Below are positions 9,772 through 18,561 of a DNA stretch of 64,000 nucleotides, piece by piece. This DNA comes from a virus. The position numbers were made by a program, and so were the translations under genes. The first letter of the stretch is position 1. The number at the start of each line of letters is the position of its first letter. The stretch covers positions 52,806 through 116,805 of the IMG/VR virus record IMGVR_UViG_3300046464_000709; one strand, written 5' to 3'. The notes beneath the pieces were generated by a model. That model did not search any database. It saw only the letters and a program-made list of their open reading frames with translations, and was not told the DNA's origin.

Positions 9772-9975
9772 ATGATTAAGACAAAAGAAACACTAATAAA
9801 AGAAATAGACTTCGGAACTAAGCTTGCACAAATGGAGGGAGCAATAGACTTTCTTCATTATATGCAAACAGAGAAAAAGGATTCCGACAGAACCTTGAGC
9901 GAAGAAATGACCACCAAAGGACTTCTTGAAAAGGTTCAAGAGCTTAGAAAAATATTCAAAGAATTACAAAAATAA
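9772..9975 (+). CDS. Small hypothetical protein, distant member of paralog family A
   Basis: DFGTKLAQMEGAIDFL...VQELRKIF aligns by eye with 6364 and 7102. Confidence 0.6.
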   Translation: MIKTKETLIKEIDFGTKLAQMEGAIDFLHYMQTEKKDSDRTLSEEMTTKGLLEKVQELRKIFKELQK

Positions 9976-10024
9976 TTCACTTTGTGCTTGCAATTTACGA
10001 AAAAATAGATTAAATTAAATACAT

Positions 10025-10213
10025 ATGATTAAGAAAATTAAATTCAAAAAAGGCGATGTTCTCATCTCACGAGATAATAAAGTCTTTCAATTTATTCAAG
10101 CTACCAAGCACGACACGCTTGGAATTATCGCAATGGTTCGCCCATACAGAACCAATCGCAAGGTTGGCATCCGATTTGAGGATGTAAAAATTCACCCACT
10201 TTTTGCAAAATAA
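10025..10213 (+). CDS. Small hypothetical protein
   Basis: Promoter-proximal ORF in the series. Confidence 0.6.
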   Translation: MIKKIKFKKGDVLISRDNKVFQFIQATKHDTLGIIAMVRPYRTNRKVGIRFEDVKIHPLFAK

Positions 10214-10252
10214 GTTTGACAAACTCACATAATTAATCCATAATACTGAAAT

Positions 10253-10540
10253 ATGAATAACATTGATCTCATTCGCCAAGCAATCGAAAACGCAAAAGAT
10301 GCTCCTATCTCAAAGGATGTTTCTAACTTTATACAAGACATGAAAGCCGAAATTATGGCTGAAGAGTTAGTTGTAGAGCATGGACTTCTTCAAGTCTCAA
10401 AAGAAGAAGTCCAAGACCAAGTCTCAGAATTCGCTTCTTCAGAAGATAAAGCTGACGAGGATGACGACTTTGACAATGACGAAAATCTCCACGATATGGA
10501 TTCAGTCAGTCCATCCATGCGAGCAATCTTTGAAGATTGA
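10253..10540 (+). CDS. Acidic hypothetical protein
   Basis: TTGACA...CATAAT promoter; D/E-rich C-terminus. Confidence 0.65.
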   Translation: MNNIDLIRQAIENAKDAPISKDVSNFIQDMKAEIMAEELVVEHGLLQVSKEEVQDQVSEFASSEDKADEDDDFDNDENLHDMDSVSPSMRAIFED

Positions 10541-10577
10541 TCTCGACAAGTCGCCCTTAATATGGTATAATACAAGC

Positions 10578-10751
10578 ATGAATAAAGCAATAATAGAAAA
10601 AATCGAAACACTAATCAGCACACTTCAGGCTCTAACAATTCAAAGAGTTAAAGCCTTGAGTCTCGGCAAGCAAGAAAAAGCAAGCCAAATTCAAGCCGTG
10701 CAAATAGACATTGATAATAAAATCCAAGAATTGGAAAGGTCAATGTCCTAG
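10578..10751 (+). CDS. Small coiled-coil hypothetical protein
   Basis: TCGACA...TATAAT-6 nt-ATG at 10578 (MNKAIIEK). The track start at 10380 overlaps the upstream gene. Confidence 0.6.
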   Translation: MNKAIIEKIETLISTLQALTIQRVKALSLGKQEKASQIQAVQIDIDNKIQELERSMS

Positions 10752-10869
10752 TGGATATGTTAACAATTATGATAATCGCATCGTTAATTGGAATCTTTAG
10801 AGGCTTAACAGATTGTGCTTTTTAATTGCACGATGTCCTTGTAGGAAAATAAAAAAGTTCAGTTTTCTC

Positions 10870-10997
10870 TAAGTTGTTGAACATCAATGGCTTAGGGAAA
10901 ACCGCCCAAGGCGTTTTCTTGTAACTCGTTGAACATTAACCACTTAGGGAAAACCGCCCTAGGCTTTTTTCGCAAGTCGTTGATTGTCAACAAGTTC
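10870..10997. repeat. Triple-palindrome module 4 at the point where transcription converges
   Basis: Units at 10870-10894, 10922-10946 and 10973-10997. Confidence 0.92.
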
Positions 10998-11254
10998 GGA
11001 TTTCTTAGTTTAAATCATTATTTATGTATTTGTATTTACCAATTAAATATTTGATATTTCAATATTTGGTATTTGCTGCCTACAGAATTGTATTTGATGT
11101 TTACATTCTTGCCGTTCGTTTGACCAATGCAATTGTATAAGGTGAATGTTCAGTCGCTCGATCAAGATTTGATTCAAGGTTGCGAATGGCATTTACAATA
11201 TAATCGAGTGTGCCCACAATTCCGGCGGACTCTCCGTTTTTAAGTATTTGGTAA

Positions 11255-11620
11255 CTAATCATGACTTACTCTTTCTTTGTGTTTTGCGTCTAGTTCGTCA
11301 TTAAAATCTTGCCTAATTGAATGCAAAAGTTTTTCTTGTTGGAATCCATCTTGTTGGAATTGACTCATTAACTTAGAAACTTGCATTCTATCTTGCCAAC
11401 CAAGTACATCGTCACAGATCTGTAATGGAACAAAATCTCCACGCTGATTGAAAATCGCGACTTCATAAGTGTCAGGATGATTTCCGTAAAAAGAACTTCC
11501 TCCGTCCACATTGGATACAGCACTAATCGCGTAACCATTATCGAAAGTTATGCTCGCTTGAATGCCCAAATCTTTCGCACTTGGGTGAGGGTTAAATGTT
11601 AAGTCATCAAAGGTCTTCAT
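11255..11620 (-). CDS. Hypothetical phage protein
   Basis: 121-aa ORF (TFDNGYAISAV...YEVAI), first of the long - strand series. Confidence 0.7.
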   Translation of the reverse strand: MKTFDDLTFNPHPSAKDLGIQASITFDNGYAISAVSNVDGGSSFYGNHPDTYEVAIFNQRGDFVPLQICDDVLGWQDRMQVSKLMSQFQQDGFQQEKLLHSIRQDFNDELDAKHKERVSHD

Positions 11621-12165
11621 GGTAGATGTATATTGGATTATTGTTGTGTGTGAGTGTTGCGTGTTTTACGAATGTTTTACTTGCGATGTTTTTCTTGAAA
11701 GTAGACTCAGAGATAAAGACATCGGTATGTTCGGTCTTCTTTTCTGCTTTGACAAGCACAACGCATCCGTCTTTACTTTTGGTGATTAAATGTTTTTCCT
11801 TGTTCATTTAGTTGCGATAATGAGACGAGTCTTGTGATTCAGTGAGAGTTTCATAAGCGTGTGCTTTCTGAGCAATGCACTTTAAGGCACTGCCAACTAC
11901 ATTCAACATTGAAAGTTGACCATTGTCAAGCATATTCTTGTCGGTCATTGGCTCAATCATGTTGTCGTGAATGAATGCCATCACTAATTCGTTTGCTTCG
12001 AGCGAGTCAATATCTTGGACTTGCAAGTGGTTTGGGTCGTTAAGGTACATAAGTCAGTTTGGTTTTGTGTTTTAGTTTCCTATCAAGGATTTTGTTTTTC
12101 ATCTTGAAAGGTCGAGCCTTAGTGAAAAGGATTTGATGTCTGAGCTTTATCTTTTTCGCCTTCAT
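11607..12165 (-). other. Three small co-transcribed ORFs (11607-11807, 11808-12050, 12040-12165)
   Basis: Abutting or overlapping ORFs behind a TTGACT...CATACT promoter at about 12173-12200. Confidence 0.55.
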
Positions 12166-12228
12166 AAGTATTAGTATGACAGAATTTTTTGTGAAGTCAA
12201 GCGTTTTTTTGGTGAATAATAAAATGAT

Positions 12229-12330
12229 ACCAAACACGGAGGGAGTCGAACCCACAAGAGTATAATTAGGACTGCAATCCGCACCTCTCTTAATCACCAC
12301 TAATTTGCAGATTAGTTTGATCGTGTTGGT
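12229..12330 (-). ncRNA. tRNA-like small RNA candidate
   Basis: Own TTGACT...CATACT promoter; 5' ACCAACACG pairs with 3' CGUGUUUGGU; T-arm GGG-UUCGACU-CCC; two hairpins with GCA-containing loops; no canonical D-arm or CCA. Confidence 0.6.
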
Positions 12331-12396
12331 AAGTATTAGTATGTCAGAATCTCAAGCTAAGTCAACCCCTAAATGCAAAAAAAATAAAAATAGTTG

Positions 12397-12473
12397 TAAG
12401 CTCTTGATGCTCAATGACTTGCGCGAAACCGCCCAGGGCTTTTTGCCCTAACTAGTTCATAACCAACAGTTTA
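12397..12473. repeat. Paired-palindrome module 5 (flanks inverted relative to modules 1-3)
   Basis: Units at 12397-12421 and 12449-12473; ttttgcccta is the reverse complement of tagggcaaaa. Confidence 0.85.
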
Positions 12474-12717
12474 TGACATCTGCATAAATACATAATAAAA
12501 TATATGCACTAAAGGTTAATAAAATTGATGTAAATAATAATGCTTTAATCATTTTAATATCCTAACCATTCCAATACTTTTTGTGCATTATACTCTTCTT
12601 TGTCGCCCATGTCCAAAATAAATTGATGAATATCTTGGCAACCATGTTTTGAGAGTTCCTCAAACGCTCTTGTTTGGCTAATCATTAAATCTTCGGCTGA
12701 ATCGTAATATGTTTCAC

Positions 12718-13461
12718 TCATGAGTTTATCCCTTCCTTTACAAATCCTGTACTATCCTTTTTTGCCATGCCTTTCTCGATAAGACCAACGACCACACCTT
12801 GCTTGTCTAAAAAGCGAAGGTCATTATCATCACCATTAACAACCTCAAAACCTTTCCATGTCTTGGGTAATTGATTGCGAAATACAACGGCAACATTGCC
12901 ACCCATTGAAAGAACCATCTCGCATTTTGTATCGTTTGTTTCCGAGCGACTAAAAGTCAAGTGGTAATTAGAGGGAAACTTTGCCTCGCCCTTAATAAAA
13001 GGCTTGTCGAGAAAAGAACACATTCTTTTAAATGATTTCGTATAATCATAAAACTGAACATCCGAAAATTTATCAAAGATTGACTTTGGCTGATCTTCGT
13101 TAAAGAAAACAGATTCCCACATAACATCGCTTGTGAGATTGAGCCGAAAGACTGACTTCATCCCTTTCTTTGTTGCACTCTTAATTGAATTAGAAATTTC
13201 TTTCGATAGCTTGGCAAGAAAATCTAATTGATGATTGAAGAATAACTTTGTCTTGGCGACACGAGATTCTTGAATAGAATTCATTTGCCCACGACCTGCT
13301 GTATTGAGGCAAGATGCCGTGCAACCTTTTGAACGCCAACGGCAAACTTCGAAGCCTGAAAGACTTGCTGGGGCAAAGTGAATGCCTTTCGTTATGTAAC
13401 CTAATTTCTCGCCTTTGAGAATTTTTTGATTACCTGATGTGAGAAGTGTTGTCTTAATCAT
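12718..13461 (-). CDS. Gp88-like phage protein (Cys-cluster, radical-SAM-like fold)
   Basis: VCRWRSKGCTASCL, FRLNLTSD, QFYDYTK, NYHLTFSRSE and GDDNDLRFLD motifs. Start set at the leaderless ATG at 13461. Confidence 0.7.
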   Translation of the reverse strand: MIKTTLLTSGNQKILKGEKLGYITKGIHFAPASLSGFEVCRWRSKGCTASCLNTAGRGQMNSIQESRVAKTKLFFNHQLDFLAKLSKEISNSIKSATKKGMKSVFRLNLTSDVMWESVFFNEDQPKSIFDKFSDVQFYDYTKSFKRMCSFLDKPFIKGEAKFPSNYHLTFSRSETNDTKCEMVLSMGGNVAVVFRNQLPKTWKGFEVVNGDDNDLRFLDKQGVVVGLIEKGMAKKDSTGFVKEGINS

Positions 13462-13534
13462 GTATTCCATTATGACAGAATAAGGTGCGAAGTCAACCCC
13501 TAAATGCAAAAAAAGTAAAAAAAGTTTTGTTGCG

Positions 13535-13611
13535 GATGTCGTTGATACGCAAAGGCTTACGAAAAAAAGCCTAGGCCCGTTTTCCATAACTGCCTGGCCT
13601 GCAACGACTTA
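13535..13611. repeat. Paired-palindrome module 6
   Basis: Units at 13535-13559 and 13587-13611. Confidence 0.85.
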
Positions 13612-13632
13612 CGAAACAATAATTCAAGATGC

Positions 13633-13658
13633 AAAAAAGCCTCCCCGAAGGGAGGCTT
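13633..13658 (-). terminator. Rho-independent terminator
   Basis: GCCTCCC-TTCG-GGGAGGC followed by T6 on the - strand, downstream of 13685-13915. Confidence 0.85.
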
Positions 13659-13684
13659 GAGCCTACTCGTTTCCGAGCTTGCGA

Positions 13685-13915
13685 TTAACCAACTGACCTC
13701 TTAAAAGATTTGTTAGCACAAGTCGCACGAAGAACATGGCGACGATTAACTCGACGATTTGCTCCATTCATGTCCGAAAACATAACATGACGAGAAGTCA
13801 CGCTATTGACTTTAGCAGAGAAGACCTTGCGTTGCTCACCTTGCTTGACAAGAAGAGAAACGAAACGACCTTTGAGACTATCAACTACATTTTTGAGTTT
13901 TGCTTGATTTTTCAT
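13685..13915 (-). CDS. Small basic hypothetical protein
   Basis: 76-aa ORF between the DUF932-like gene and the terminator. Confidence 0.65.
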   Translation of the reverse strand: MKNQAKLKNVVDSLKGRFVSLLVKQGEQRKVFSAKVNSVTSRHVMFSDMNGANRRVNRRHVLRATCANKSFKRSVG

Positions 13916-13963
13916 AATTTTAATTTTTGTTAGGTTTGTGTTTTGGTTTTTGATTAAGAATGA

Positions 13964-14701
13964 TTACTTTACAAGTGCGACTTCGGAGTCAAGAACACCA
14001 TGCAATGCGAGAGAACGATTTGGTAAGGCATGAACTCCACCTTTAAGGACATGAGTAAAGCCGTTGTACAATGAGTGCATATTCCGAGCAGAAAAGTCAT
14101 CATGTTCGGGTTTGTGCCATTGCTCAACTACATCAGCGATTTTGCCCTTGCTGATAGCACCATTTTGAAAAGCACGGATAACAAGGTCATGGGCTTGCTC
14201 GTTGCCAAGTTCGTACTCTTTGTACGCTTCGATGCGTTTCTCATCGCTTGCCCATGTCTCAGTCATCTTGCCGAGAGTGCGAGCGATAACTTGAGACAAG
14301 TCAGTCAAAATGTTTTTTGTATGCCGTCTTGCAAGAGTCACTTCGTTAGTGAAGATAAGGTTGGAGCAAACAAATGGAGCATTGCCCATGCACAAACCTG
14401 CTGGAAAGCATTTGTCGTGCGAGTTGCGAAGACCGAGAACTGTGCCACGATCATCAGCATCAGAACCTGTGTTCTTGACATGGAAGAGACCGAAGTAACG
14501 CTGACCGAATCGGTGAAGAGAATGGTAAGTGTCAACAATTTCCCAACCATTTTCTTGGATTTGGTTTTGCACACGATCAACAAGGAACGCATGACCGATT
14601 GGTTGCCAAGACTCAGTCTTTTCGGGAGTCTGCACGGACTTTACTTCGCTAAAGTCAATTCTTTTTGTGCCACATACGGAGAGATCAATTTTTTTATTCA
14701 T
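13964..14701 (-). CDS. DUF932-like phage/plasmid protein
   Basis: LGLRNSHDK, FVCSNL, RRHT and SLYNGFT motifs. Confidence 0.75.
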   Translation of the reverse strand: MNKKIDLSVCGTKRIDFSEVKSVQTPEKTESWQPIGHAFLVDRVQNQIQENGWEIVDTYHSLHRFGQRYFGLFHVKNTGSDADDRGTVLGLRNSHDKCFPAGLCMGNAPFVCSNLIFTNEVTLARRHTKNILTDLSQVIARTLGKMTETWASDEKRIEAYKEYELGNEQAHDLVIRAFQNGAISKGKIADVVEQWHKPEHDDFSARNMHSLYNGFTHVLKGGVHALPNRSLALHGVLDSEVALVK

Positions 14702-14899
14702 AATTTTTAGTGTTGGTTTATCGTCTTTGATGGGTTAATTATACGAAAGTTTTGGGGTTTTGTCAAGCTTTTTTTCTTCGATTAAGTTTTTTTTGTTTCG
14801 ACTAATTTTTTTTAAGTTCAGTTATCGTCTTGATGTATACTAGTATGACAGAAAATAATGCAATGTCAACCCCTTTTTTTTATAAAGTTAAAGTTTTCG

Positions 14900-14976
14900 T
14901 AAGCTGTTGGATATCAATGAGTTAGGCCAAACCGGCCAGGGCGATTTTTCGTAAGTCGTTGAATGGCAAAGGCTAA
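14900..14976. repeat. Paired-palindrome module 7
   Basis: Units at 14900-14924 and 14952-14976. Confidence 0.88.
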
Positions 14977-15177
14977 GGCGAGCTTGGATTGACCAAGCCC
15001 GCCCCATAATTAAACCCTTTTTTCGAGAGAATAAAGTTCGCCAAGAAGAAGGTTGTGAGCCAATTTTTTGGCAAACAATTCCTTCCCTCTTAAGCCTCGC
15101 AATTCAGCTTGAGCCAAAGCGTAGCCCATATTGCGAACTTTATTCCTAAGATTTTCAATTCGAGAATTTCGCATATC

Positions 15178-15587
15178 TTATCCTTGGTTAGGTTGTGAAT
15201 AGTGGTTGTAAGATTGTTCTGCTTCTTGGGCAGAGTCAAAACTTACTGCAATTAAATCCCTTGAGTCGTAAGGATGCCAAGGTGTGTCAGACTCCTCAAA
15301 GTACAACTCCCATAGCTCGGTGTCTTCGTTAAAACTTGGTTTATCAAGAGGTTCTCCCTCGCATACTGCATCAATATATTCGTTCATTCTTATCCTTTCA
15401 TGTGTTTGATTAATTGGTCAAGAACAGATTGCTTATTGCCCTTGAATCCGAATTCAGATTTTACAATCGAGTAGCAACTTTGACCTCTTGACATTTTCAT
15501 GCCGTGAATTTCCATCTTTAAACCTCTTGCGAGAGTCCGTAATCGGAATGCGTTAATTTGTTGTGGTGTGTCTAATATCATGCTCAT
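15178..15587 (-). other. Two small ORFs (15178-15387, 15390-15587)
   Basis: Abutting ORFs behind a TTGACT promoter. Confidence 0.55.
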
Positions 15588-15625
15588 AATGTATAGTTTG
15601 TCAGATTTTCAGCGAAAGTCAAGCC

Positions 15626-16033
15626 TTAATACCAACAAGAGTAAAAAATTCTGTGCTTTTTCTCAAGCATTTTCCTTGCTTCCTTGATGAATGCTAAGTC
15701 AGATTCCTTGTACCAATAATCGTTATCGGCATGAGGTTCATCATTTTCGTCAGTCCAAAAATAAGAATCAGAACCAAAAAAGAATCCATTCGTTTGGGGT
15801 AGCTCAAAGTTAAGAATTGCCTCCTCAAGAGAATCAATATCTTCAGATGTGAGTGGTAATACTGCACAATTAAAATCACCATCTTCGCTTGCGTTTGGAC
15901 AACCTTTGCTTTGCCAAAGACCTTCCATCCAACCTTGCAAGCGATTATGTTTTCTCCACTCGCCAATTTGAATATCGTTATCTGAATTGCGTTTGCGTGG
16001 TGGTCGTGCGTATGCGTATTGATCTAATCCCAT
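15626..16033 (-). CDS. Hypothetical phage protein
   Basis: MGLDQY...WRKHNRLQGWM...GFFFGS...FYSCWY pattern familiar from phage early regions. Confidence 0.75.
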   Translation of the reverse strand: MGLDQYAYARPPRKRNSDNDIQIGEWRKHNRLQGWMEGLWQSKGCPNASEDGDFNCAVLPLTSEDIDSLEEAILNFELPQTNGFFFGSDSYFWTDENDEPHADNDYWYKESDLAFIKEARKMLEKKHRIFYSCWY

Positions 16034-16049
16034 GATTTTTTCCTTGTGT

Positions 16050-16298
16050 TTATAGTTGTGCTGATTGAAATGAAGACTCTATTCTAAGCTCATTTTGCAA
16101 TGATGTCAAACTTAAAATGATGTCTTCTAAAACTTCTTCGGCTGATTGAAATGTACTTCCAAGTGGAAACTTTTCGGGATGACGCTCGTTCTGCTCCAAG
16201 CATACCTTGGACATTGGATCTGCATATGCCATTTCTCCTCGAACGATGTTCAAAATGTTTTCTCTAATTTTTGCTTGCGTCATGATTAATTTTTCCAA
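16050..16298 (-). CDS. Hypothetical protein
   Basis: ORF in the co-oriented series. Confidence 0.55.
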   Translation of the reverse strand: MEKLIMTQAKIRENILNIVRGEMAYADPMSKVCLEQNERHPEKFPLGSTFQSAEEVLEDIILSLTSLQNELRIESSFQSAQL

Positions 16299-16431
16299 TC
16301 TACTGAATCGATATCTTCTTCGCCTTGTCCAAAAATCATCTCAAAGATTTTAATGAGCTCAGGTGGTGATAAAATAGGAAGGTTCTCTTGGATTTCCTTT
16401 AGGAGTTGCGTTTTGGTTGTTTGTGTTTCAT

Positions 16432-16830
16432 TCATAATACTGCTAATACTTGTTTGGGTTCTAATCTTACGGCAATAGCATAGTCTACCATTTGTTCCGT
16501 GTCCTTGTCAACAAAATTCTCATACTTATATGGATTGTAAGAAACAGGTCGTGCGGTGGGATGAGAATCCCTCCAATCGCCCATTTGCCAATTCTCTATA
16601 TAGCCTTCGACTCCTGCGTGAACATTTTTACGCTGTTCTTTTAAAACTCTTTCTCGCCCACTCTTGCTAACCTTGAAAGTGCAACTATGCATTGCCAATA
16701 ATTTAGTGTGAGCCTTGACCAATCCATCTTGCTTGATACTCCAACATTTTTTGTGAAGATTCTTGTAAACAAAAACAGGACTGCCAAAGTCAATCTTATA
16801 TCTTTTTTCGTTAGGCTTTGTCTCGATCAT
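16432..16830 (-). CDS. Hypothetical phage protein
   Basis: VYKNLHKKCWSIK...GRERVLKEQRKNVHA...YNPYK; leaderless promoter. Confidence 0.75.
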   Translation of the reverse strand: MIETKPNEKRYKIDFGSPVFVYKNLHKKCWSIKQDGLVKAHTKLLAMHSCTFKVSKSGRERVLKEQRKNVHAGVEGYIENWQMGDWRDSHPTARPVSYNPYKYENFVDKDTEQMVDYAIAVRLEPKQVLAVL

Positions 16831-16932
16831 AAATACAAGTATGACAGGTTTTCACCTCAAGTCAACCTTTTTCTTCATTTTTTTCTAAACCTATTCCCAA
16901 TTTATGTCGACTCTGTCGACAGGTCAAGCCGT

Positions 16933-16965
16933 ATATGTCGATAAAATTAGATTTTATCGACATAT
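16933..16965. repeat. Perfect 15-bp inverted repeat with a 3-nt loop
   Basis: ATATGTCGATAAAAT-tag-ATTTTATCGACATAT. Confidence 0.9.
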
Positions 16966-16995
16966 TGAAGTCAGGGCATCCTTTTTAAAACATTG

Positions 16996-17072
16996 CAAGT
17001 CGTTGGTAGCCAATTAGTTATGAAAAAACGCCTAGGCGGATTTTCCGCAACTTGTTGATATACAATGACTTA
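16996..17072. repeat. Paired-palindrome module 8
   Basis: Units at 16996-17020 and 17048-17072; the linker contains CGCCTAGGCG. Confidence 0.88.
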
Positions 17073-17282
17073 TGTAATTTTTAATTTTATTCTTTTTTTT
17101 CTGAATTTATTTACATTTTACTTCCTTTATTTGGATTGTTATTTGTTTCCCCCTTATTTGTAATATATATAATTGGTATTTGGTTGTTATATTTGAAGGA
17201 GTAGACTTTTATTCCTTATCGTCGTAGTAACCTCGAACCATTCCTATTAAAAATGCAGCGCAGATCAGTAAAGTTAACTCCA

Positions 17283-17858
17283 CTATGCTGTCTTGCTGTA
17301 TTGCTTCCAGATTTCAAGATCAAGATCAGTAACGGATTTACCTAATTGGCGAGCAATGTTCTTGAAAATATTCGCGAAATAATGGTATGTATTCTCCTTC
17401 GTTGGCGTGCTCTTTGGGGCGTCCGTGTATCCTTGATCACGAAGGAACCTGAGGATATGAGTGTCGAGCATTGGTTCATCAAAGTCTTCGCGGCTATGAG
17501 AGAGAAAGAACCTTGCTGTCTTAAGCCCGATACCAGCGACTTCTAAAAGCCTGTTTAATGTAACCGTTTGAAGATCTTGAATCTTTGATACAGCAACATA
17601 AGAGTTGTATCTTTGCTTGTATGGACTAAGCTTAGCCCAATGCATAATCTCTTGGAGCCGGCCCAATTTAATTAATTTTCTTATACAATTAAATGGACTT
17701 GTTTCTTTTGTTATGTTTTTTGCTCTCTCTATGAACACTTCTAATTTAGGTGCTTCGATTGAACTTTTCTTTCCTGCTACATTAATACAGAATAGGATAA
17801 ATTCTTCTAATTCGTTGTGTGATCTATTATAGTTTGTTACTTCAGCTGGATTAATCAT
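17283..17858 (-). CDS. HhH DNA glycosylase (Ogg/endonuclease III-like)
   Basis: HhH motif VAGIGLKTARFFL followed by LDTHILRFL. Confidence 0.7.
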   Translation of the reverse strand: MINPAEVTNYNRSHNELEEFILFCINVAGKKSSIEAPKLEVFIERAKNITKETSPFNCIRKLIKLGRLQEIMHWAKLSPYKQRYNSYVAVSKIQDLQTVTLNRLLEVAGIGLKTARFFLSHSREDFDEPMLDTHILRFLRDQGYTDAPKSTPTKENTYHYFANIFKNIARQLGKSVTDLDLEIWKQYSKTA

Positions 17859-17876
17859 ATGTTTTTTTGTTTATGG

Positions 17877-18131
17877 TTATTGTGCAATGTGAAATGCTTT
17901 ACGAAGGTTGTCGCATTCTTGTCCACAAAGAAATACTTCTCTGCAATAGTCAATGTTTTTTGACTCAATATGCTTGATGAGTTTTACTGCTTGATGAGCA
18001 GGAACTCGATCACGAGGCATGCCTCCCCATTTGATCACTACCCTCATGTGAGGAAAGTGTTCGTTGATTTCAGCAAGTTGAGCTGAGTTGATGTATCCGT
18101 AGTTCGCAAGAATGTTTTTTATTGTTTCCAT
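17877..18131 (-). CDS. Hypothetical protein
   Basis: Leaderless ATG at 18131 (METIKNIL) after TTGACA...CATACT. Confidence 0.6.
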   Translation of the reverse strand: METIKNILANYGYINSAQLAEINEHFPHMRVVIKWGGMPRDRVPAHQAVKLIKHIESKNIDYCREVFLCGQECDNLRKAFHIAQ

Positions 18132-18168
18132 GATATCTAGTATGACAGAATTAAAAGCAATGTCAAAC

Positions 18169-18211
18169 AAAAAAACCTGCCCAAGGAGAGAAAGAAAAAC
18201 CTTGGACAGGT
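18169..18211 (-). terminator. Terminator-like hairpin closing the ncRNA candidate
   Basis: ACCTGTCCAAGG/CCTTGGGCAGGT stem followed by a T-run on the - strand. Confidence 0.7.
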
Positions 18212-18234
18212 CTGAATGCATGATTAAGAAATAG

Positions 18235-18500
18235 ATGTGGGAAGGGATTACTGTATACCCTCGACTTTTCGGGATGAACATCAGTTCATTGTGTACCTAC
18301 TTTGCACTACAAATTAGACTTGGCATTCGTCATCGACTCATCCGATTGGACTCTATCGCTCCACCACAGAGAATTTGCATACCTTAGCCCGCTCATCACA
18401 GGCTTGCTCAGTCACCCACAGGAAGGATTATAAGCCCTTCCAAATAGAATGGAACGAGTCAATGTCCGATACTCAGCTATCAACTCATTGTTCCAAAAGT
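18235..18500 (-). ncRNA. Structured non-coding RNA candidate
   Basis: GC-richer stretch with no credible ORF, lying between a consensus promoter with boxA-like element and a terminator; hairpin at 18451-18494; GGAAGGG/CCCUUCC helix closing 18240-18441. Confidence 0.65.
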
Positions 18501-18561
18501 GTTTAAAATGTTAAAGATCGATTATTTATTTTGATTAAGTTTGTTTCTTAATTATGTATCT

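Noticed and set aside
12040-12300. 86-aa ORF as listed in the track
   Set aside because: Its 5' half overlaps the tRNA-like RNA and a promoter; the credible start is the ATG at 12165.
14075-14710. 211-aa + strand ORF and similar antisense ORFs
   Set aside because: These are shadows of well-supported - strand genes.
6950-17072. CRISPR array interpretation of the repeats
   Set aside because: Units are degenerate, occur in twos or threes, and are separated by conserved linkers and kilobases of genes rather than unique spacers. No cas genes are present.
6950-17072. Integron attC or Xer dif sites
   Set aside because: No consistent RYYYAAC...GTTRRRY ends, the 5-bp centre is shorter than the 6-8 bp typical of tyrosine-recombinase cores, and no integrase is in the window. 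Kept only as a weaker alternative.
17877-18281. 134-aa ORF as listed in the track
   Set aside because: The extension crosses a terminator and a promoter; the credible start is 18131.
18270-18295. Hammerhead ribozyme core inside the ncRNA candidate (CUGAUG...CGAAA on the - strand)
   Set aside because: It reads CUGAUGU rather than CUGANGA, and I could not build the three stems convincingly.
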